The position numbers were made by a program, and so were the translations under genes. Positions 54,459 through 64,000 of a stretch of DNA of 64,000 nt are shown piece after piece (the first letter of the stretch is position 1; each line of letters begins with the position of its first letter). The stretch spans positions 186,001 through 250,000 of IMG/VR virus record IMGVR_UViG_3300023199_000204; one strand, written 5' to 3'. The notes under the pieces were generated by a model. That model had not been told where the DNA came from. It worked only from the letters and a program-made list of their open reading frames with translations, and searched no databases.

Positions 54459-55946
54459 ATGGCAAAGGCAAGATCTTCTTCTAAAAAGAAAAAAGTTTGG
54501 AAAGCGAAAGATTTAAATCAACCTGCTTTCACATCCAAATATGATGTTACAAAAAGATGGGCAGGTAATTGTACTGACGTAATAAAAAATAGTAATAAAT
54601 TTTATCACGCAGAAATACAAGTTGCCAGTTCAGGAAAAGCAAGAATTTTAACAACTTACGGTAGAGTTGGAGCAAAAAATCCAACTATTGAATATAGATA
54701 TTATTCTTCAGAACAAGCTTGTATGAATGATTTCAACTCTTTAGTTAAAAAGAAAAGAGATAGGAAGAAAAATCCATATAGAGAAGTTGATCTAGCTATA
54801 ACTAGTGTGGGATCCAAAGGTGCTAAAGAAATTAAAAAGCCAATGACGGGACTGAACGTTTCTTCAGGAGTTATATCAAATCTTCATAGTGAAGTTCAAA
54901 GACTGGTTTCTGGATGGTTTGGAGCTACAGGCTCATTTATTGAAATGAACTTAAAATGTCCACTAGGTCAATTAACTACTGAGCATATAGATAAGGGTAG
55001 GAAAGTATTAGATGATTGTCTTACAAGAACTAAAAGTAAAAAAAGAACAGGTCAATTAGAATACGATAATTTAACTAATCAATACTATAGTTTAATTCCT
55101 CAAATCTTACCAAATAAGATTCAAGCGTCAGAGCTACGATTAAACGATGTTAATAAAATTATGGCTCAACATTCAATCCTTGATACGTTTACAGATGCTA
55201 AAAATGTTTCATCTGTCCTTGGAAAAGGTGCTGCTATTGATCAGCAGTATCTTAAACTAAAGGCAGACTTAGATTATGTTGAGCCTAATGATCCAATTTA
55301 TAAATGGATTGCTAATCTAATTTTAGAAACCAGAGCTAAGAATCATAGTCATTTAGGAAAAATAAAAATCTTTAATATATTTAAACTATCTAGAAACGGC
55401 GCAACAGATCATTTTAATAAATCACTTGAGAAGATAGCTAAAGAAGTTTCTGGAAAAGGAACTAAACCAAAATATACCAATTTAAATAGATTTGATCTTA
55501 ATAAAGAAGAGGACGTAGAGTTTAAACAAGCTAATGTCTGGCCTCTTTGGCACGGAACTCGACCGGAAAATATGGTTGGTATTATTTCCAAAGGTCTTTT
55601 AATTAGACCATCAGGTGCTGTTTATACGGGAAGCATGTTTGGAGATTCTCTCTATTTCGCAGAGAATAGTTCAAAATCTATGAACTATACTGGTTGTAAA
55701 GGAGCAGGATGGTCCGGAAGTAGTGGAAAAAGTAGAGCTTTTTTGTTTCTTGGAGATGTAATTGTTGGGAATCCTTATGTTGTTAAAAGATCTCAATTCT
55801 TTAGGAAACCTCCTGCTGGGCATCATAGCGTATATGCGGTTCCTGGATATGCCTTATATAACTCAGAAAATATGATTTATAATGCTTCTGGAAAAGGACA
55901 GCAACATAAATTTAGATATATAGTAGAATTTCAAACAAGAGCATAA
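54459..55946 (+). CDS. WGR-domain poly(ADP-ribose) polymerase (PARP)
   Basis: WGR-like TYGRVG, regulatory-domain YYSLIP, catalytic WHGT, GSMFGDSLYFA, KSMNY and YNSE (H-Y-E triad). Confidence 0.9.
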   Translation: MAKARSSSKKKKVWKAKDLNQPAFTSKYDVTKRWAGNCTDVIKNSNKFYHAEIQVASSGKARILTTYGRVGAKNPTIEYRYYSSEQACMNDFNSLVKKKRDRKKNPYREVDLAITSVGSKGAKEIKKPMTGLNVSSGVISNLHSEVQRLVSGWFGATGSFIEMNLKCPLGQLTTEHIDKGRKVLDDCLTRTKSKKRTGQLEYDNLTNQYYSLIPQILPNKIQASELRLNDVNKIMAQHSILDTFTDAKNVSSVLGKGAAIDQQYLKLKADLDYVEPNDPIYKWIANLILETRAKNHSHLGKIKIFNIFKLSRNGATDHFNKSLEKIAKEVSGKGTKPKYTNLNRFDLNKEEDVEFKQANVWPLWHGTRPENMVGIISKGLLIRPSGAVYTGSMFGDSLYFAENSSKSMNYTGCKGAGWSGSSGKSRAFLFLGDVIVGNPYVVKRSQFFRKPPAGHHSVYAVPGYALYNSENMIYNASGKGQQHKFRYIVEFQTRA

Positions 55947-56816
55947 ATGTTAATTAATTTATTAAAGAAAATTTTTAGAAAAATATTCTTCTTTATGTTT
56001 ATGAAAGAAGAAAAGATAAAAAAGAATGATATAGTTAGTTCAACTTCAATTGAAGATTTTGAAAAAGAAGAGGGAAAGATGGATTTAGAAACAACTGTTA
56101 AAAATACTGTAGCGTCATTATGTAATGATAAAGTATCATTTACGTCATTAGATATAAGCAACACCTTAAAGCAAGAGGGAATTCCAACGAGGCATAGAAA
56201 AGTAAGAGATGTAGTTAGAGAATTATATAGAGACGGAACGCTGTCTTCATATGATTATATTACTACTAACATTATAGTCACACTTAAAAATGGAGACTCA
56301 GTATATGCTACTTTATATCATCATTGCTTAACAGATAATTCCGAGTATGTTACAAGAGATTTAATTGCTTTGCCAGTTCCCTCATCTGATAATGATAATA
56401 CAACATCTTCATTATCATCTTCATCATCATCTAGCACGAAGTCAGTGCCAAACCTAATTAATACTTCATCTGTTAATGCTCCTAATAATACTACTGCTCC
56501 TACATTACAAGATAAAACTAGATCAGTTAGAAGTGATGGTAGGCTTGAAGTTCCAAGCTCCTGGGTGAGATTTCTTGGATGGGAAGATGGAGATGATGTT
56601 TATATTGTTGAAATTAACGATACACTAAAGCTTAGCAAAGTATCTGATATAGACATTAATGACAATGTAGAGGCAGTTGTTAAAGTATTTAATAATGGTA
56701 GAGTTATTGTTCCTGAGAAAGCTATGAAGAAGATAGATAAAATCAGTCGCTCTTCTGGTGTTTATAGGACCAACGTTAAAGTAAAATTGGAGGGACCAAA
56801 GTTGGTCGTTAGTTAA
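55947..56816 (+). CDS. Protein with C-terminal tandem AbrB/SpoVT-like domains
   Basis: DGRLEVPSSWVRFLGWEDGDDV and NGRVIVPEKAMKKI after a Ser-rich linker. Confidence 0.5.
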   Translation: MLINLLKKIFRKIFFFMFMKEEKIKKNDIVSSTSIEDFEKEEGKMDLETTVKNTVASLCNDKVSFTSLDISNTLKQEGIPTRHRKVRDVVRELYRDGTLSSYDYITTNIIVTLKNGDSVYATLYHHCLTDNSEYVTRDLIALPVPSSDNDNTTSSLSSSSSSSTKSVPNLINTSSVNAPNNTTAPTLQDKTRSVRSDGRLEVPSSWVRFLGWEDGDDVYIVEINDTLKLSKVSDIDINDNVEAVVKVFNNGRVIVPEKAMKKIDKISRSSGVYRTNVKVKLEGPKLVVS

Positions 56817-57398
56817 TGAAAGTTTATTTAGTAGTAGGACACACAGATAATAATTATTCAGAAGTAATTCATATCTTTTCAAATAAAAACGATGCTTTAG
56901 AAGATATTATGATTAATAAAAAAGAAAAAATATTTGATGCTATTTCGATTGAAGAGATGATATTGGATGGGAACTATAAACCCAAAATGATTTATTGGAG
57001 TTTAAGAAAAGAAGGTTTTAAAGTTCATAAAGGTTTCAAGAAAAAGTAATGGGAGACGAAAAGGTAAAAATAAATGATAAGTGGCAGCGATGGCTTAAAA
57101 GAATTTCTTTAATATTTACTATAATTTCTGTTGGCACAGCAACGATTCTTAGTTTAATTAATTACTTTAGTGAATCAAAAGATAATAAAGCTCGTGTTGA
57201 GGCAAAAAGAGCAGAAGCTGCTTACGATAGTACTAAAAAAGAAATAAAAAGATTGTATCATAATATGAGAATAAATAGAAGATTTATTTTAAGATTACGT
57301 CGTCATATTATGAATCGAGACAATAATAATGTCCCTCCACCTCCTTCTTTACCAAGACAAAAAAAGTGGAAAGACTTATATAAAAGGAAACTTAAAAA

Positions 57399-57881
57399 GT
57401 GAAAATATTTATATTGTTAATAGGAATGCCTGCTTCTGGAAAAACTACGATGAGAGCATCCTTATTTAAAGAAGCAAGTGTAATATGTCCAGATGATTTA
57501 ATAGATTATGAAGGCTCTGGCTGGACTCCAAGGCAGGCAAGAAATGCGTGGAAAAAGTCTGATAAGGATTTAAAAAACTTATTGACGGAAGGAGAGCCGC
57601 TCGTTATATTAGATTCGACTATGGTAGCTCGCAAGAAGAGGACTAAGTATATAAAATTAGCAAAAAGCAAAGATTATAAATGTATAGCGTTATATTGTAA
57701 TACTAATTACTTTATTTGTAAAAAAAGAAACAATGATAGACCTGACTGGAGACGAGTTCCAAATCATACTATCGACTCAATGGCAAAGAGATTAGAAGAG
57801 CCAGTTATGAAAGAAGGATTCGATAAGGTAATTACTTATAATTTTATATTTGGAGAAATTTTGGAATTAAAAAACGATTAA
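57399..57881 (+). CDS. Polynucleotide-kinase-like P-loop kinase (AAA_33)
   Basis: GMPASGKTT, CPDD, ILDST...R, RN..R...VP and P...EGFD. Confidence 0.8.
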   Translation: MKIFILLIGMPASGKTTMRASLFKEASVICPDDLIDYEGSGWTPRQARNAWKKSDKDLKNLLTEGEPLVILDSTMVARKKRTKYIKLAKSKDYKCIALYCNTNYFICKKRNNDRPDWRRVPNHTIDSMAKRLEEPVMKEGFDKVITYNFIFGEILELKND

Positions 57882-57921
57882 CTTTTAAAGATAAGTCAGG
57901 AGAATTTTACAGCATTATTAA

Positions 57922-60445
<2,524 letters not shown>

Positions 60446-60463
60446 GGAGGTATTTAAAATATA

Positions 60464-60970
60464 ATGAGAAATTCGGCTAGAGTTAATAATTCTATTAAAT
60501 CAAGAAAAGTTTTTGTAATTGACCAAAATGATAATAATTTAGGTTTAATGGATACTAGAAAAGCCATCGGCATAGCTAAAAATGCTGGACTTGATTTGGT
60601 TGAAGTAAATTCAAAAAGTAAGACGCCAGTATGTAAGGTGTTAGATTACGGCAAATGGAAATACGATCAATCAAAGAAAGAAAAAAAGAACAAACAAAGC
60701 AAAAAAGAAACAAAGGAAATAAAGTTTAGACCCAATACAAGTGATAATGATTTATCTTACAGGGCAAAGCAGGTAGATAAGTTTCTTAATGCTGGAAAGA
60801 ATGTTAAATTATTAGTAAGATTTAAGGGTAGAGAGCAAGAGCATATGTTTGATACTGGTAGGTCTTTACTGGAAAGATTTTTAGCAATGCTTGAAAGTGA
60901 TTATATTTTTGAAAAAAATCCTACTGCTGAAGGTAGTTCTATATCAGCAATTTTAGGAACTCGAAAGTGA
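60464..60970 (+). CDS. infC: Translation initiation factor IF-3
   Basis: LDLVEV...PVCKVLDYGKWKY, KEIKFRPNTSDND and FKGRE. Confidence 0.93.
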   Translation: MRNSARVNNSIKSRKVFVIDQNDNNLGLMDTRKAIGIAKNAGLDLVEVNSKSKTPVCKVLDYGKWKYDQSKKEKKNKQSKKETKEIKFRPNTSDNDLSYRAKQVDKFLNAGKNVKLLVRFKGREQEHMFDTGRSLLERFLAMLESDYIFEKNPTAEGSSISAILGTRK

Positions 60971-61476
60971 TTATAACAAATGTTGAAGAACTTAGAAAGC
61001 CTAATGACAAAGTTAATTCTTTAGAAGAAGCTCTTAAAATAATTAAGTTATTAGAGAAAGAGCTTTCAAATTCTAAAATAAAAGGGGTTGGCTTAGCTGC
61101 TCCTCAAATAGGAATACATAAGAAAGTAGCAATAGTTAGAATAAATGATTTTAAACTAGATTTAATTAACCCAATAGTAGTTGACAAATTACAACCCATT
61201 ATTAGTAAAGATGAAGGTTGTTTAAGTTTACCAGGAGTAAGATTAGATACGCAAAGATTCAATGAAATTTTTATTAAGACGTTAAATTATCCTGAGGGTT
61301 TAATTTTAACAGAGTTTCCTGCTATTGTTGCTTTACACGAAATTGATCATACTGAGGGAATTCTAATAATAGATAGGGCTATAGGTAAGGGAAAGGTAGG
61401 AAGAAATGACCCTTGCCCCTGTGGTCGTATAGTTAATAATAAACCTGTAAAATTTAAAAAATGTCACGGTAGATAA
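60967..61476 (+). CDS. def: Peptide deformylase with C-terminal SEC-C motif
   Basis: GVGLAAPQIG, EGCLS, HEIDH, then GRNDPCPCG...KFKKCHG. Confidence 0.93.
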   Translation: MIITNVEELRKPNDKVNSLEEALKIIKLLEKELSNSKIKGVGLAAPQIGIHKKVAIVRINDFKLDLINPIVVDKLQPIISKDEGCLSLPGVRLDTQRFNEIFIKTLNYPEGLILTEFPAIVALHEIDHTEGILIIDRAIGKGKVGRNDPCPCGRIVNNKPVKFKKCHGR

Positions 61477-61481
61477 TAATA

Positions 61482-62141
61482 ATGAGAATTTATTTAGTAA
61501 GACACGGAGAGTCTTTGGCAAATGTTGATAGAGAAATACACAAGACTATGCCAGATCACGCGATTTCTCTTTCTGAAAAAAGAATAAAGGAAGCAAAAAC
61601 TGCTGGCATTGTATTAAAGGATTATTTTGCCAAAGAATATGATTATGTTGGACACGTTAGGTTATGGACCAGTCCTTATAAAAGGACTAGAGAGACGGCT
61701 AAATATTTTTCTAAAACTTGTTCTCCTATAATCTCGTCTTATAAAGAACATATATTGCTTTGTGAGCAACAGTTCGGATTATTTGATGGTATTCAAGAAG
61801 AGGAGTTGCCCAATTTATTTCCTAATGAACACGCACATTATAAAAAATGTGAAGATTTTGAAGGAAGGTTTTGGGCACGGATGCCATTAGGAGAGTCTAG
61901 ATTTGATGTAGCTACGAGAGTTCATCAAGCATTTGGAACATTTATTAGGGATAGAGAGCATCATAATATTAAGGATATTATTATTATATGTCACGGAGTT
62001 ACTCTTAGAGCATTTGTAATGATGTGGTGTCATTTAACTCCTGAATGGTTTGATGAGGAACCTAATCCAAAAAATGGTTCTATCAGACTCATTGAAAATG
62101 GAATTGATAAAGAATATATCTGGAATAGAGGAGTAAAATAA
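61482..62141 (+). CDS. Histidine phosphatase (phosphoglycerate mutase family)
   Basis: RHGES, TSPYKRTRET, GES and CHG. Confidence 0.88.
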   Translation: MRIYLVRHGESLANVDREIHKTMPDHAISLSEKRIKEAKTAGIVLKDYFAKEYDYVGHVRLWTSPYKRTRETAKYFSKTCSPIISSYKEHILLCEQQFGLFDGIQEEELPNLFPNEHAHYKKCEDFEGRFWARMPLGESRFDVATRVHQAFGTFIRDREHHNIKDIIIICHGVTLRAFVMMWCHLTPEWFDEEPNPKNGSIRLIENGIDKEYIWNRGVK

Positions 62142-62736
62142 TGGTAAAATTTAAACCACCTGGTTATTTAAATGGTGCCCCAAATTATGTAGTTAATAAG
62201 CCTAAATTCACTTGCCCATTAAGTTCAGGTATTGCTTGGCACTGGGGTTTAACATATCTTTCTTGTCCAGTTAATTCTGATCAAAGGGATATGATGGCTT
62301 GTAAAACCTGTCCTTTAAAAAGTGATAATAAAGAGCCTAAAGATGAATACAAGGTAGTTCCAAAGAAAAGAAAAAATAAAGAAGTAGAAGTTATTCCAGT
62401 TATTAAAAGAACTTACCATTCACATAAGGAGAAAGGAAATGAATAATAATTTAGATAATGTTAGTAGCGGTGATGTAGTTAAATTTATTACTAAAGTAAA
62501 TAAATCTGGTCACGATGAGAACACTCAAGAAGTTATCTTGAAAGTGACTGAAGTTGATCACGATAAAGATTTAGTTAAAGGTATCAATGCTATGAGGGCA
62601 TTAGATTTGAATGAAGATAGAAAACCATTTAGATCATATAAAATATCAAATATAGTTAAACATTCTATTTGGAAACTAATAGGATAAATCTATCAATTAA
62701 TCTATATTAATTAATATTTCGCGTTGAGGAGAGCTG

Positions 62737-63009
62737 ATGAGTGAAAAAAACCTAGTATTATTAAAGTTTTATGCGGACTGGTGCGGACCTTGTAAGGCAA
62801 TGACACCAGTAGTTAAAGCAGTATTAGAAGGATTTCCTAATATAAAATTAGTAGAAGTTGATATTGAGAAGAAAAATGATATGGTTTCACAGTATTCTAT
62901 AAGATCAATTCCTACTTTAGTTTTATTAAGTGATGATAACGAAAAAGAAAGAGTGATTGGTGCATTATCAGCCGAAGAATTAAAGGAATTTCTATCTGCA
63001 AACTCATAA
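62737..63009 (+). CDS. trxA: Thioredoxin
   Basis: WCGPC and SIPT. Confidence 0.92.
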   Translation: MSEKNLVLLKFYADWCGPCKAMTPVVKAVLEGFPNIKLVEVDIEKKNDMVSQYSIRSIPTLVLLSDDNEKERVIGALSAEELKEFLSANS

Positions 63010-63027
63010 ACTTAGGGAGTTTAAATA

Positions 63028-64000
63028 ATGATAAAAATGTCAAAAGACGAGGTTTTGTCTTCAATAAAATTAGAAGATAAATCTAGTCTTTATTCTTCTT
63101 ATGTTAAGAAGAATAATCCAAAATTATTTAATTCGGCAATAAAGCATTTTAAATCTTGGAGAAATGCTATTACGGCAGCAGGAATTAATTATACAGATGT
63201 AAGTAAAAGAGTTTCTTGGAACAAAGACAATGTAATTAAAAAATTACAAAGCCTTCCTAAAGAGGAACTTGTAGATAAAATTTTAAGAAAAGAGAATTCT
63301 GGTTTATACACAGCGTGTATTAGACTTTTTGGTTCAAGGAAAGCTGCTTTAATGGCAGCAGGAATAGATTATGAAGAAACACTATTAAGTATTCCGTGGA
63401 CAAAAGAAAGAGTTATAAGTGATATACAAATGTATCATATTAATGGAGTTCCATTAAAATATAAATTTATTAATACTTATAATAAAAAGTTTAGACAACA
63501 AGCTGAAAAGTTTTTTGGTTCTTGGGGCGATGCCGTAAAGGCAGCGGGAATAGATTATGATTCTATTAAGAACAATAAAGATTGGAATAAACCTTTTCTT
63601 TCAGATGATGGAAAGCTTTATAATTCAAAAATAGAAGGACTTATTGCTAATGAATTACATTCTTTAAAGACATTAGATAAAATTACAGAGTATTCTTCTA
63701 GCGAAAATTTAACTCAAGATAAAACCTTATGTTGCGATTTTTTGGTTGTGTTAAATAATTCTGCCAAACTTTATTTGGAACTTGACACTCCTTCTAAAAA
63801 TCAAGATCTTATAAATGACAAAATTAAATTTTATGAAAAGACTAATTATTTATTTCATAAAATTTCAACACATAGGAACCTATCAAATATTATAGATAGA
63901 TATACAACTTGGTTTAGCATTCCTCTCGTCAACACTTTAATAACGTCTCACAAAAATCCAGATGGAGATGCTCTAGCATCTATAAAAGCAGTTTATAATC
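63028..64000 (+). CDS. Open reading frame running off the window: three FGSWxxAxxAAG repeats, a nuclease-like middle and a DHH phosphoesterase start
   Basis: FKSWRNAITAAG, FGSRKAALMAAG, FGSWGDAVKAAG; then CDFLV...LYLELD; then ITSHKNPDGDALAS. No stop before 64000. Confidence 0.75.
   Translation, partial: MIKMSKDEVLSSIKLEDKSSLYSSYVKKNNPKLFNSAIKHFKSWRNAITAAGINYTDVSKRVSWNKDNVIKKLQSLPKEELVDKILRKENSGLYTACIRLFGSRKAALMAAGIDYEETLLSIPWTKERVISDIQMYHINGVPLKYKFINTYNKKFRQQAEKFFGSWGDAVKAAGIDYDSIKNNKDWNKPFLSDDGKLYNSKIEGLIANELHSLKTLDKITEYSSSENLTQDKTLCCDFLVVLNNSAKLYLELDTPSKNQDLINDKIKFYEKTNYLFHKISTHRNLSNIIDRYTTWFSIPLVNTLITSHKNPDGDALASIKAVYN

Overview
This window looks like an accessory or early-gene region of a large (jumbo/huge) AT-rich bacteriophage. 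Essentially every credible gene is on the + strand, tightly packed, often with ATGA-type overlaps and Shine-Dalgarno sites, and about half are short hypothetical ORFs. Host-like genes sit outside their normal chromosomal operons (infC without rpmI-rplT, rpsU without dnaG, groES about 30 kb from groEL). No capsid, terminase or replicative polymerase gene is visible here, so the phage call is an inference. Recognisable content: one tRNA-Leu(UAA); a tRNA/RNA repair toolkit (two RNA-ligase-like proteins, PNK-like kinase, PrpE-like phosphatase, Thg1, CCA-adding enzyme, TilS, SpoU); translation factors (bS21, IF-3, peptide deformylase); proteostasis genes (GroEL, GroES, Hsp20, Lon, AAA ATPase, thioredoxin); ADP-ribosylation genes (WGR-PARP, macrodomain); a damaged PP2C-kinase-vWA (TerY-P-like) triad; and an apparently complete ubiquitin-like conjugation operon (Ubl, E2-like, JAB, E1/ThiF) preceded by a GHKL ATPase-zincin fusion. 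DNA-level patterns: a 42-nt CpG-rich motif occurring three times at or just after gene ends, three paralogous 23-aa repeat genes (3, 7 and 4 units) with a near-invariant palindromic DNA core, apparent CATG avoidance, and scattered in-frame stops and homopolymer frameshifts that suggest an error-prone assembly. All protein calls come from motif recognition by eye, with no database search.
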